A stretch of 64,000 nt of DNA from Dehalococcoidia bacterium (GCA_965207225.1 CBDBLV010000001.1:160001-224000), one strand, 5' to 3'; shown: positions 1 to 8,951, numbered from the stretch's first letter. The notes: generated from the letters alone by a model not told the origin. Translations and numbers: made by a program.

Positions 1-1176
1 CTGCTGGACACCCGCGTCTTCTCCGACCGCGACCGCACCGCCGACTCGGTGGTGCGCGTCGCCAGGGGCCTCTGGGACCAGTGGGGGCCGAGGATGCAGT
101 CCATCCTCGAACAGACCGTCAAGACCCTCCACGAGGCCAACGAGCAAACCGACGCCGACGAGCAGTACACCATCCTCGACGGCCTCAAGCTGCTGTCCGC
201 GGACAGGAAGTCCAGGGGCGAGGCGCCGTCAGAAGACCAGAAGTTCAGGGACAGGGTGCTGGCGAAGGTGAGCGACCCCTACCTCAAGGACTGGTGGGAA
301 AGGGACTTCAAGAACTGGACCCACCAGTACCGGGCCGAAGCGCTGGCCCCGGTGCAGACCCGCCTCAACTACTACGCATCGTCCAAGCGGGCGCGGGCCA
401 TCCTGGGACAGCGCCGCTCCACCATCGACCTGCGCAAGACCATCCTCGACGGCGGGATACTGCTGGTGTCCACCGCCCAGGGGACGGCGGGCCGGGACGT
501 GGCCGCCCTGGTGGGGTCGTCGATCCTCAACCTCGTGGACGCCGTGATCCGGGAGCAGGGAAGCCTGCCGCCCGACAGGCGTCGCGGGGCGCTGGTCGTC
601 GTGGACGAGATGCAGTCGATGCCCGGCGTGGACTACGAGAGCATGTTGTCGGAACTTGGGAAGTTCGGCGCGTCCTTCGTGCTGGCGACCCAGAGCCTGG
701 CCAAGCTGGACGACCTCTCCCGCACCATGCGCGACACCATCCTTGCCAACGTCGGCTGCCTCGCCGTCTTCCAGGTGGCGGGGAACGACGCCCGGCAGCT
801 GGTGTGGGAGCTTGGCAAGGATCGGGTGACAGAGGACGACATCACGTCGCTGCCCGTGCACCAGTGCTACGTCCGCGCCACCGTGGGCACCGAGCGGATG
901 GACGCCTTCTCCATGGCGGTCAGGAAGCCGGAGCCGGGAGACGTCGAAAGGGCCGAGCGCATCCGCGCCGCCGCGTCCTCCTACGTCACGGCGGCCAGGG
1001 ACATCGCCGCAGGGAACGCGGAGTGCGACGGGAAGCAGGAGCAGCAGGGGGAGACGGAGAACGGTCAGGCCAAGGCCGAGCATAAGAAACCGGGGCAGCC
1101 CCCCAAGAATCACAAGGGGCGTACCCGGAACCCCAAGCCGTCGAAGCCCAAGACCGGCGACGGAGCGTCCTCGTGA
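1..1176 (+). CDS. VirD4/TraD-like type IV coupling protein, C-terminal part (5' truncated by window)
   Basis: Frame is open from base 1 (LLDTRVFSDRDRTADSVVRV). Walker B VVVDEMQ and LATQSLAKL. Close paralogue of 22800-25331. Confidence 0.85.
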   Translation: MLDTRVFSDRDRTADSVVRVARGLWDQWGPRMQSILEQTVKTLHEANEQTDADEQYTILDGLKLLSADRKSRGEAPSEDQKFRDRVLAKVSDPYLKDWWERDFKNWTHQYRAEALAPVQTRLNYYASSKRARAILGQRRSTIDLRKTILDGGILLVSTAQGTAGRDVAALVGSSILNLVDAVIREQGSLPPDRRRGALVVVDEMQSMPGVDYESMLSELGKFGASFVLATQSLAKLDDLSRTMRDTILANVGCLAVFQVAGNDARQLVWELGKDRVTEDDITSLPVHQCYVRATVGTERMDAFSMAVRKPEPGDVERAERIRAAASSYVTAARDIAAGNAECDGKQEQQGETENGQAKAEHKKPGQPPKNHKGRTRNPKPSKPKTGDGASS

Positions 1177-2855
1177 ACCCCGACGAACGCACGCTGCTCT
1201 TGATGCGGCGGCTGGCCTCCATGCCGTTTCTCGACCGGCTGGAACTGGCCGCCGTGTCGGGTACGCCCGACCGCTCCACCTACTATGCCGTGGACGATCT
1301 GGAACGGGAGGGCCTGGCGGTTTCGATCTCGCACGCCACCGACCTGCTGCGCACCACCAGACGCTACTCTCTCACGACCGCCGGGCTGAGTCGGCTCGCC
1401 GCACGGGAAGACGTGGGCCTGAACGAAGTACTCCGCGAACACCCGGTCTCCGCTCAGTGGCGGCGCATCCTGATGGAGCGGCTCGACGCCGTGGGCGTCA
1501 TATACCGGCTGGCGTCGTCCATCGCTGCCGAGACGGGACCCATCCGGCTGCGCTGGTACAGGGCCGCGCCCCTGGACGCCTCCGTCGAGCTCGCCGACGG
1601 CAGGACCCTCGGCGTGGTCAGGCAGGGGCTCACGTCGGACAGGACGGGGTTCGCAAAGCGTCTCTACCGGCTCGGCGAAGGGCCGCTTCCCGGAGCCGTC
1701 CTCATGCTCGTGTCCGACGAGGTGCGGCTGAGGCACGCCCGAAGAACGCTGGCCGACTCTCACCTGCCGGCCGTCCTCGCCCTGGAGCGGGACGCGACGT
1801 GGGCAGGCCCCTCGGAAAGGGTCTGGCGTCTGCCCTCCGTCGCCGCCGCCCTCGACCTGCGCTACGTCCTGTCGTCCTACCTCGAAACGGGAGGACGGCT
1901 GATCACCGAACCGGAGCCGTCGCGGGCGACCCTCCCGGAGGACTTCATACTGGAAAGCCCGGGGATGGGGACGCCCGACTGGCTGCTGCCCGCACTGCTG
2001 AAGCCCGCCGGGAAGCGCGTCCTCGACCTGCTCTTCGACTGGCCGGGCATAGCCCCGGGCGACCTTCGCGGGCTGCTCGGCGTCTCCCGCGGCCGGTTCT
2101 ACGAGATCGTTGCGCCCCTGGCCGAGGCCGGGCTGATCGAACGGATCGTCATAGACGGCCGCCGTCTGGCCCTCAGCGACCGGGGGCTGGCATTGCTAGC
2201 CCGCAGGGACCGCACCTCCGTGGGCGCGGCGAGGAAGCGGTGGAGCGTCTCTCCCACCGACGCAGCAGACGACGCCGTCGAGTGGCGCAACGTCTCCGGC
2301 AGGAGGAGCCGTCAACTGCTCAGGAATCTCGATCACACGGCGGCGGTCCACGGCTTCGTTGCGGCCCTGGCAAAGCAGGCGCGTTCCCTGGGCTGGGAAC
2401 CGGCGCAACTCGACCCGCCCATGCGGGCCGCCAGGCACTTCCGCCATAGGGAAAAGCTGCGCTCCGTCCACCCCGACGCCTTCGGCATCCTGCGCCGGGA
2501 CTCCACGACGTGGCCCTTCTTCCTGGAGTGGGAGCGCCGCGCCGTGCGCCCATCGACCATGGCGGCCCGGCTCGCCCCCTACCTGCGCTACTACTCCTCC
2601 GACAGGCCCGACGACGACCACGGCGCACGGCCCGCCGTCCTCGTCGTCCTCCGCGACGACGTCACCGCCATCAACTTCCTGCGGGTGGCGAGGGAGCGGA
2701 TGACGGAGGCCCGCGTGGAGATGCCCCTGCTGGTCTCCCACGAGGGGCTGCTTGCGCGGGAGGGGCCGCTGGGACGGGCATGGCGCACTCCCGATGGGTG
2801 GGAGGCCGTCCGCGCCCTTCCAAACATTCGAGAAAAGAATACGAGAAAGAGGTAA
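1173..2855 (+). CDS. Replication-relaxation family protein (wHTH plus PD-(D/E)xK-like)
   Basis: LDHT..VH, HPDAFG and FFLEWER motifs. Coupled to VirD4 by a GTGA overlap. Paralogue of 21142-22803. Confidence 0.75.
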   Translation: MNPDERTLLLMRRLASMPFLDRLELAAVSGTPDRSTYYAVDDLEREGLAVSISHATDLLRTTRRYSLTTAGLSRLAAREDVGLNEVLREHPVSAQWRRILMERLDAVGVIYRLASSIAAETGPIRLRWYRAAPLDASVELADGRTLGVVRQGLTSDRTGFAKRLYRLGEGPLPGAVLMLVSDEVRLRHARRTLADSHLPAVLALERDATWAGPSERVWRLPSVAAALDLRYVLSSYLETGGRLITEPEPSRATLPEDFILESPGMGTPDWLLPALLKPAGKRVLDLLFDWPGIAPGDLRGLLGVSRGRFYEIVAPLAEAGLIERIVIDGRRLALSDRGLALLARRDRTSVGAARKRWSVSPTDAADDAVEWRNVSGRRSRQLLRNLDHTAAVHGFVAALAKQARSLGWEPAQLDPPMRAARHFRHREKLRSVHPDAFGILRRDSTTWPFFLEWERRAVRPSTMAARLAPYLRYYSSDRPDDDHGARPAVLVVLRDDVTAINFLRVARERMTEARVEMPLLVSHEGLLAREGPLGRAWRTPDGWEAVRALPNIREKNTRKR

Positions 2856-2861
2856 TGAACC

Positions 2862-3617
2862 ATGCGTCTGTACTACATCGACGAGTCCGAGGGACCCACC
2901 TGCTACGTCCGCTCCGCCCTGGGCGTGGACGCCGAACGGTGGAACGACCTGTTCGCCGACATCCAGGAGTGGAGAAGCGAACTGCACGAGGGCTACGGCA
3001 TCCCGACCGACAGGGAGCTCCACGCCTGCGACCTGCTGGCGGGGAGAGGGATGCTGGCCCGAAACGGGGAAATCAACGCGCGACTCACGCCCTCCCAGGG
3101 AGCCGAGGTCTTCAGGGACGGGCTGCGCCGCATTGAGGACGCCGCCCGCACCGGCGGCGTGGAGGTCATCAACGTCTGCCTGAGAAAGTCCGACGTGAAG
3201 GCGCACGAGCAGGTCAGCCTCGACCGGCTGCTCAACCGCATCAACGCCTCGGTCAAGGCGGCGGGGGGACACGCCTTCCTCATCTTCGACGAGGGCAAGG
3301 AGCGGATGATCACACGGGCCTATAGACGGCTCAGGATATTCAACCCCGTGCCCAGCAGGTACGAGCGGTGGGAGGAAGGCGAGAGGACCAGGAACATCCC
3401 CGTGGAGAACGTCATCGGAGACCCCGCCTTCAGAAGCTCCGACTCGGACCACCTGCTCCAGATGGCCGACCTCGTCGCCCACGCCCTGCTCAAGCAGGAG
3501 GAGGAGCCCGTCCCCAGAGTGGAGACCCACGGCATCCGCGAAGCCTTCTCCATACTCGACAAGGCCCTCAACCGGAGAGCGTCAGGGCACGATCCCCAGG
3601 GCATCGTCAGGCGATGA
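2862..3617 (+). CDS. DUF3800 domain protein (RNase H-like fold)
   Basis: N-terminal YYIDES, central FDEG and C-terminal LLQMADLVAH motifs. Confidence 0.85.
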   Translation: MRLYYIDESEGPTCYVRSALGVDAERWNDLFADIQEWRSELHEGYGIPTDRELHACDLLAGRGMLARNGEINARLTPSQGAEVFRDGLRRIEDAARTGGVEVINVCLRKSDVKAHEQVSLDRLLNRINASVKAAGGHAFLIFDEGKERMITRAYRRLRIFNPVPSRYERWEEGERTRNIPVENVIGDPAFRSSDSDHLLQMADLVAHALLKQEEEPVPRVETHGIREAFSILDKALNRRASGHDPQGIVRR

Positions 3618-3620
3618 GTG

Positions 3621-3672
3621 GAGGCAGGGGCGGGTCGTTGGCCATGTCACAAGGCCCGCGCCCCTATTCCTC
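3621..3672 (+). other. Long hairpin after DUF3800 (terminator or DUF3800-associated RNA)
   Basis: Nested pairing GAGG..CCTC, AGGGGCG..CGCCCCT, GGTC/GGCC and TTG/CAA. Confidence 0.5.
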
Positions 3673-3951
3673 TACCTTGTCGTCAAGACCTCGCCCATAG
3701 ATCATCAACTCGAAGCCGCCCGGCACGGAGCGAGACAGCTGCACGATACCGTAGTAGCTGCCACCCTTCGGTCTCGCCCCTCCCCTCAGCCACGTCTGAA
3801 CGGTGCCTTCCTTCACGCCCAGGAGCCGGGCTAGGTCCTGCCGCGACAGGCCCGCCATCTCCAACAGGCGTTTCAGCCGTTGCGGAAAGTCCTCCGGCCA
3901 GCCCGGTGAGCGGAAATCCTTGAGGCTCCCTTCATGTCCTTCGACTGTCAT
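3664..3951 (-). CDS. XRE-family HTH protein
   Basis: DFPQRLKRLLEMAGLSRQDLARLLGV..TVQTW. GGAGG RBS before ATG at 3951. Confidence 0.8.
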   Translation of the reverse strand: MTVEGHEGSLKDFRSPGWPEDFPQRLKRLLEMAGLSRQDLARLLGVKEGTVQTWLRGGARPKGGSYYGIVQLSRSVPGGFELMIYGRGLDDKVEE

Positions 3952-4029
3952 TGCGCCACCTCCTCGGTTGATGTTTCCCGATCGGCCTCCTCGTCCAAAT
4001 GGCAGAGGTCGGCCCGTTCCCAAGCCCGG

Positions 4030-4470
4030 CTAAGCGGAATCCCGCAACCCTTTGTCGGCGCTGCCATTCAGGGAGTCAGCCACTGCTGCGACCAGCAGGG
4101 CCATCGCGGTGGGCAGGTAGAACAGCCCGATGGAGAGTATCCCCACAAGGCATAAGGCCAGGAGAGCCAGCGCCGATATCCACAACAACGCCTTTCGCCT
4201 CGCCAGCCCGGCATCGGTGAAACGGATGACCAGCAGCGTTAGGCCAGAGAACAGAATGGGAATGAGCAGCAGCCAGAGCACGTACAGACCATTCACTTCC
4301 ACCAGGGTGGCGGTGTGCCTTGTCACCTCTCCCGCAGGCTCACCCGGCATGGACAGAGTGACCGATACACCCCGATAGACGGGTGCGAAGACGAACCAGA
4401 GCCCGGCGACCCAGGCCAGCGCATGGGCTACCCACGCCGAGATCGCGGCAACTCCGGCTCGCTTCATCAT
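4030..4470 (-). CDS. Membrane protein (about 4 TM), unknown function
   Basis: Four hydrophobic segments. Confidence 0.7.
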   Translation of the reverse strand: MMKRAGVAAISAWVAHALAWVAGLWFVFAPVYRGVSVTLSMPGEPAGEVTRHTATLVEVNGLYVLWLLLIPILFSGLTLLVIRFTDAGLARRKALLWISALALLALCLVGILSIGLFYLPTAMALLVAAVADSLNGSADKGLRDSA

Positions 4471-4497
4471 TCCATCCTTTGGGCCAAGAAGCGGAGG

Positions 4498-4816
4498 CTA
4501 CGCCCCGTCCAACTCGTATTCAGGGCCAACCCACCGTATCCGCACCCACGTCATCGTCGTGTACATCAGGTGGTTGTAGCAGCGCGAAATGGCCTCCCTG
4601 GTGTATTCCTCTATCTCCTCGTCGCCGACCCCGCCCTCCCTCAGGGAGTTTTGCACCCGCTTCAGTATGCGGGACGCGTCGGGGTTGTCCGGGCTGTAAG
4701 TCTCCGTCCTCCTCGTCGTCTGCGTCATTCCCGTAATAGACGAAGGGGTACGCTTCCCAGATATCGACCTCGATGTTCGGGTATCTCACTCCCAATTCGA
4801 TCATTCTTCCAGCCAT
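4498..4816 (-). pseudogene. Small hypothetical gene split by a frameshift near 4705
   Basis: N-part MAGRMIELGVRYPNIEVDIW and C-part DNPDASRILKRVQNSLREGGVGDEEIEEY..YNHLMYTTMTWV lie in adjacent frames and join near GAGGAGGACGGAGAC. Confidence 0.55.
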
Positions 4817-4892
4817 TTGCTCCCCTTCATTCGCTTTCACAATGGGGTCTGGACGCTGCTGGTCAACAGCTACTTCTAGGTGATGCGGGCAT

Positions 4893-5321
4893 TCACTCCA
4901 TCGGGAGGGGCGGCTGTAGCCAAGCCATCTCCTGCGGCACCCCGAAGTGCTCGGCCACCTCCCAGAGCTCGCTGAGGCCCTCGGCCATCGCCTCGTCCAC
5001 GTCCATCAGCAGGGCGCGGGCGAAGTCCTCCGCCTCCCGCTCGAAGAGGCTGCCCAGGCTGGTGTGGTCCCGTATCCACAGGTGGTTGCCGGAGTGCAGC
5101 AGCCTGTGGCCTATGGCATGAGCTATCACCCAGCGTCGCCAACGGGAATCGAGCCGCTCGGCCACGCCGATGTACCGGTCCATCTGCATCTCCTCCTGGA
5201 CATCCAACGGCCAGGTCACCACCTCCAAGCCCAGGATGCTGGCCACGGTCTCGGCGTCCACCCGGCCCGACAGCTTCAGCTTTCGCCGCAGATCTCTGGC
5301 CTTCCGCTGCGCTCGCTTCAT
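4893..5321 (-). CDS. ImmA/IrrE (DUF955) family anti-repressor-like protein, HExxH altered to HAIGH
   Basis: RRRWVIAHAIGH..FEREAEDFARALLM. ATGA overlap with the upstream XRE repressor. Confidence 0.8.
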   Translation of the reverse strand: MKRAQRKARDLRRKLKLSGRVDAETVASILGLEVVTWPLDVQEEMQMDRYIGVAERLDSRWRRWVIAHAIGHRLLHSGNHLWIRDHTSLGSLFEREAEDFARALLMDVDEAMAEGLSELWEVAEHFGVPQEMAWLQPPLPME

Positions 5322-5716
5322 CTTCCGTTCCTCTCCGTCCTCCGCCGCTGCTCCCGCACGAAGCGGATGAAGTTCATGATGGACTCGATGTCCTCCATGG
5401 GAAGGCCCTCGATGGCGTTGCGGAAGGAGACGTCGGCCTCCTTCAGTATCTCCGCCTCCACCACGTCCCGGCCAAGGAGCCAGTCGGTGCTCGTCTCGCA
5501 CTGGTAGGCAAGCTCCAGTAGATGCTCCGGGGTGGGCTTCATCTTCCCCGACTCCCAGGACCAGACGGCGTGGGAGCTGACCCCGACCAACTCGCTCACT
5601 TGTTTCTGGGTGAGGCCGACCTTCAGCCGCGCCTCCTTGATGCGGGCTCCGATGCTCTTCCAGCGGTAGCCCGGGTCTATGGTCATGGGTTCCGGCCTCT
5701 CTTGGTCAACGCTCAT
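5318..5716 (-). CDS. XRE-family repressor (ImmR/CI-like)
   Basis: IGARIKEARLKVGLTQKQVSELVGVSSHAVWSWESG..DWLLG. Paired with the ImmA-like gene and divergent from Cro-like genes. Confidence 0.88.
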   Translation of the reverse strand: MSVDQERPEPMTIDPGYRWKSIGARIKEARLKVGLTQKQVSELVGVSSHAVWSWESGKMKPTPEHLLELAYQCETSTDWLLGRDVVEAEILKEADVSFRNAIEGLPMEDIESIMNFIRFVREQRRRTERNGR

Positions 5717-5831
5717 AGGCGATCATAATCCACGATTAGGAGTATCGCACACTTGTTCTTGACAAGCTACTTGCGATATGATTACACTATATCATAAGTG
5801 TAGCTTAGAGTACAGGAGACTATCTTTCCCC
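5717..5831. promoter_or_regulatory. Divergent immunity-switch promoter/operator region
   Basis: AT-rich. TTGACA(5759)-18 nt-TACACT, overlapped by inverted repeat AAGCTAC..TATGAT/ATCATA..GTAGCTT. Confidence 0.6.
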
Positions 5832-6071
5832 ATGAAACGCACCGTCGTCCTGCTCAAGACGAGAGCCCTCTGGGAGCGGCTGGCCCTGCTCGACCGCTCC
5901 CAGAACTGGCTGGCCCGCGAACTCGGCATCAGCCCCGGCTACCTGTCCTACCTGGTCAACACAGGCCGCGCCCCGTCCGGGCGCATCAGGCGGCGGATGA
6001 GGACGGTCCTGGGAGTGGAGGATTTCGATGAGTTATTCGAACTGGAGCATCCCAATGACGACAGCGCTTAG
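5832..6071 (+). CDS. Cro-like XRE HTH protein
   Basis: SQNWLARELGISPGYLSYLVNTGRAPS. AGGAG RBS. Confidence 0.8.
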   Translation: MKRTVVLLKTRALWERLALLDRSQNWLARELGISPGYLSYLVNTGRAPSGRIRRRMRTVLGVEDFDELFELEHPNDDSA

Positions 6072-6378
6072 CTCTCCCCGCCTGCCAGCGTATCCCGGCG
6101 ATCCGGTCATCGACGGCAGACTCGCGCCCTTTCTGAGCGGGGAACTGCCCGACGACTTCGCCCAGCGGCTCATCCGCCTCAAGCTGGCCAGCGACCTCAC
6201 CTGGGAGGAGTTCGCCGACGTCCTGGGCGTGGAGCTCAAGCAGGTGTTGAGGTGGACCCAGGGAACCAAACCATCCGGCGGGGCACACCACTCCCTGGTG
6301 GAACTCGCGCCGTGGATACCCGGCGGCCTGGAAATCCTCATGGGAGAGGGTTTCCTGGACCCCCTCAGGAAGGAGTAA
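6055..6378 (+). CDS. XRE HTH protein
   Basis: DFAQRLIRLKLASDLTWEEFADVLGV..RWTQGTKPSGG. Paralogue of 3664 and 20529. Confidence 0.75.
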   Translation: MTTALSSPRLPAYPGDPVIDGRLAPFLSGELPDDFAQRLIRLKLASDLTWEEFADVLGVELKQVLRWTQGTKPSGGAHHSLVELAPWIPGGLEILMGEGFLDPLRKE

Positions 6379-6381
6379 CGC

Positions 6382-6657
6382 ATGTCTCGCAAGCGAACGA
6401 GGCGACAGAGAACGATCTCCGTCCTGACCGGCGACTTCGGCAAGGGACTGGAGGACTTCAAGGAGGCGTCCGGGCTGCCGTGGGCCGAGATCGCCCGGCT
6501 CCTGGGCACCAGCACCCTCAACCTTTGGCGATGGCGCAATCGGGGAGTCCTACCCAACATGCACCACCTGCTGGCCCTCCAAGAACTGGCCGATAGCAGG
6601 GGTCTCGGCCACCTGCTCCCGACGGCCAAGCTGCTTCGGCCCTCCCAGCACCCGTAA
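6382..6657 (+). CDS. XRE HTH protein
   Basis: DFKEASGLPWAEIARLLGTSTLNLWRW. AAGGAG RBS. Confidence 0.75.
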   Translation: MSRKRTRRQRTISVLTGDFGKGLEDFKEASGLPWAEIARLLGTSTLNLWRWRNRGVLPNMHHLLALQELADSRGLGHLLPTAKLLRPSQHP

Positions 6658-6835
6658 GGCGCTGCACCCCTGGCATAGGGCCACGCCCCGTCCTCCAAGG
6701 CCCTGCGATGCTCCCCGTCGAGTTTCATGCGTGAAATCCCCTTCCGAGGGATAACGCTCGTCTTCCCCACCGCCCACACTGACAAGAGCACGCCTGTTCG
6801 CTATCTGAAGACGAGCCCCGCCTTCGGCGTCGAAC

Positions 6836-7126
6836 ATGCTGAACACGCCACGAGAAGTTGCGATCTTGAGAGACACCAAGCACAGGACGAAGCGGCGAGA
6901 CCGCAAGAGCGACGCCCCGGATATGAGGGTTGTCGGGATCGACTTCAACCCCGGTCCCGACGCCGAGGAGCGATTGCGCCGCCTGTTCACCATCCTGGTG
7001 AGGCTGGCAGACGACGAGATCCCCGCCCTTGGCGCGGAGCATCAGGTGGACGAAGGCGGCGAGGAGCGCACCGAGGTTCTCCCCACCGGCTCAGACGGTC
7101 TCGAAAGTCTGCCGCCGCACAATTGA
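6836..7126 (+). CDS. Small hypothetical protein (candidate directionality factor)
   Basis: GPDAEERLRRLFTILVR helix. Position equivalent to 20144-20362 in element 2. Start uncertain. Confidence 0.5.
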   Translation: MLNTPREVAILRDTKHRTKRRDRKSDAPDMRVVGIDFNPGPDAEERLRRLFTILVRLADDEIPALGAEHQVDEGGEERTEVLPTGSDGLESLPPHN

Positions 7127-7161
7127 TGCTGTTTATGCAAATATGTTATGCTGAAGCATCA
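7124..7161 (+). promoter_or_regulatory. vapBC promoter with palindromic operator
   Basis: TGATGCT...AGCATCA inverted repeat around extended -10 TGTTATGCT, directly before the ATG. Confidence 0.6.
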
Positions 7162-7424
7162 TGAGAACCAGAACCACCATCTCCCTTGACGACCGGCTTG
7201 CCAAGCAGGTGCGCCGCGAGGCCGAAGCCCGCGGCATCAGCATGAGCGCCTTCATAGCCAGGACGCTCGACGACGCGCTCAAGCGCCGCGAGCCGTCGGA
7301 GCCGCCGCCCTTCCGGCTGGTCACCGTAAGCGGCGTCCACGCCCGCCCCGGAGTCGATCTCGACCGGACCAGGGCGCTCGACGCGCAGGAAGACGAGGCC
7401 CGGTTCGGGCGCGGGAGCCGCTAG
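7161..7424 (+). CDS. vapB: VapB-type RHH antitoxin
   Basis: MRTRTTISLDDRLAKQVRREA RHH motif upstream of a PIN gene. Confidence 0.85.
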   Translation: MRTRTTISLDDRLAKQVRREAEARGISMSAFIARTLDDALKRREPSEPPPFRLVTVSGVHARPGVDLDRTRALDAQEDEARFGRGSR

Positions 7425-7430
7425 TTCGAA

Positions 7431-7874
7431 ATGCTGCTTCCCGACGTGAACGTCCTGATCTATGCGCACGTGGAGGACTCGATCCCCGAACACGCCGAGT
7501 ATGCGGATTGGATCACCCGCCTTGCGACGGGGCCTGAGCCCTTCGCGCTCTCCGTCCTCGTCCTTTCCGGCTTCGTTCGCGTCGTGACCAACCCCAGGGT
7601 CTTCGACCCGCCTTCCACTCTCGACCAGTCCTTCGGGTTCGTCTCCTCCCTCGTGGAGCGTCCGACCGCGCGCATCGTGGGACCGGGACCCGACCATCTG
7701 GACATATTCGAGAGGCTGTGCAGGCAGTCCGGAGCCGCAGGGAAGCTTGTAGCCGACGCCCAACACGCCGCCATCGCGGTCGAGCACGGCTGCACGATGG
7801 TGACCACCGACTCCGACTTCAGCCGGTTCCCCGGACTCAGGTGGCAGCATCCACTGAGTCCCGGCGAGCTTTAG
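7431..7874 (+). CDS. vapC: VapC PIN-domain toxin
   Basis: LPDVNVLIYA..VADAQHAAIAVEHG..TTDSDF. Confidence 0.92.
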   Translation: MLLPDVNVLIYAHVEDSIPEHAEYADWITRLATGPEPFALSVLVLSGFVRVVTNPRVFDPPSTLDQSFGFVSSLVERPTARIVGPGPDHLDIFERLCRQSGAAGKLVADAQHAAIAVEHGCTMVTTDSDFSRFPGLRWQHPLSPGEL

Positions 7875-8016
7875 GCGCCCTTCGTTCCTCAACGGGAGCC
7901 TTCGGTCTGCCGGCAGCCTCAGTGCAGGCTTCATTGCGTTGGAGGGAGTCGAACTGGCAAGCCGGGTGTCTGTTTTGAACTTCCGCTAGAAGGATAGGCA
8001 ACAGAGGGAGGCAGTC

Positions 8017-8124
8017 ATGGCGAGAAGCGCCTGTAGCAACACACAGAAGCAGCGGGCGGCCATCTATGCCCGCGTCTCCGACAAGAGCCAGGCCGAGGAG
8101 GACAAGACATCCATCTCCGAGCAG
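8017..8124 (+). pseudogene. Orphan 5' fragment (36 codons) of the serine recombinase
   Basis: GGGAGG RBS, then MARSACSNTQKQRAAIYARVSDKSQAEEDKTSISEQ. Homology stops abruptly at 8124. Confidence 0.85.
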
Positions 8125-8211
8125 GGGAAGGCCAGACATCGCCTCCCGCTAAAGACGAAGAGTGTGAGAACGGCAATGGCGGTTGACTGGAACGGCCCGG
8201 TAGCAGCGTCA

Positions 8212-8856
8212 TCACCAAGCCTGCGGGATGGTGATGACGCCGATGTCATCCCTGAGCGTGTCGGGAAGCACGCTCTGGCGCAGGTGGCTCTTCCACAGGC
8301 GCTTCACGTAGGTCGCGGCGTCGGCCAACTCCTTCGGGCTTCTGTTCCGGGGATCGGGGTTTACCAGCGTGACGCGAATCCCGAGGTCGTCCCGCACGTA
8401 CCGCATCGCACCGGCGAAGTCCGCGTCGTTCGACACCACGACCGCCTGCTCGTAGTCCCGGTTGACCCCGTCCACCAGAAGACGGGTGGCGAGGTTCACG
8501 TCGGACCCCTTCTCCTCCGAGTCCCTCACCAGGACGTGAGTCGGCAGTTCCGCCACCGGCTCCGCCAGCGGGCGGCGCTTGACGCCGGACCGGAAATGTC
8601 CGTAGTAGGCATCGAAGCCCGAAAGCGTCGCCAGAGCCCTGAGGTACGCCTGCTGTCGCTGCCGTTGGGATGGGTTGCCGGGGCGAGCGTCAAGTCTGGC
8701 GGTGAAGTAGCACACTTTGTTGATGTCGTCTTGAGGAAAGAGGGTTTCCGCCAGCCTCCGAAGGTCGAGCCACCGGAACGGCGTGTCCTTCAGGGCGCGG
8801 TAGTAGAGATTGAAGCCGTCGATGTAAACGTTGGTGATCAATCCCGACTCCCTCAC
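8212..8856 (-). CDS. NYN (LabA/DUF88, PIN-fold) ribonuclease
   Basis: VYIDGFNLYY, EEKGSDVNLA, VVVSNDADF. Start may be TTG at 8841. Confidence 0.88.
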   Translation of the reverse strand: MRESGLITNVYIDGFNLYYRALKDTPFRWLDLRRLAETLFPQDDINKVCYFTARLDARPGNPSQRQRQQAYLRALATLSGFDAYYGHFRSGVKRRPLAEPVAELPTHVLVRDSEEKGSDVNLATRLLVDGVNRDYEQAVVVSNDADFAGAMRYVRDDLGIRVTLVNPDPRNRSPKELADAATYVKRLWKSHLRQSVLPDTLRDDIGVITIPQAW

Positions 8857-8951
8857 AAAGACAGAGACCGCCCGGAAGGACGGTCTCGACCCTACCGCCG
8901 AAGAGATAGGGGTGGTTCAATCAACCTATCACGAGACGGCGGAGATGTCAA
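8855..8951 (-). ncRNA. Promoter plus putative ~60-nt two-hairpin small RNA/leader ending in an intrinsic terminator upstream of NYN
   Basis: On the minus strand: TTGACA(8951-8946)-17 nt-TAGGTT(8928-8923), hairpin 8889-8913, then GAGACCGTCC-TTCC-GGGCGGTCTC followed by TGTCTTTG. Confidence 0.55.

Noticed and set aside
4690-4720. Programmed frameshift in the split small gene
   Set aside because: No slippery heptamer is evident. A simple indel or sequencing error is more likely.
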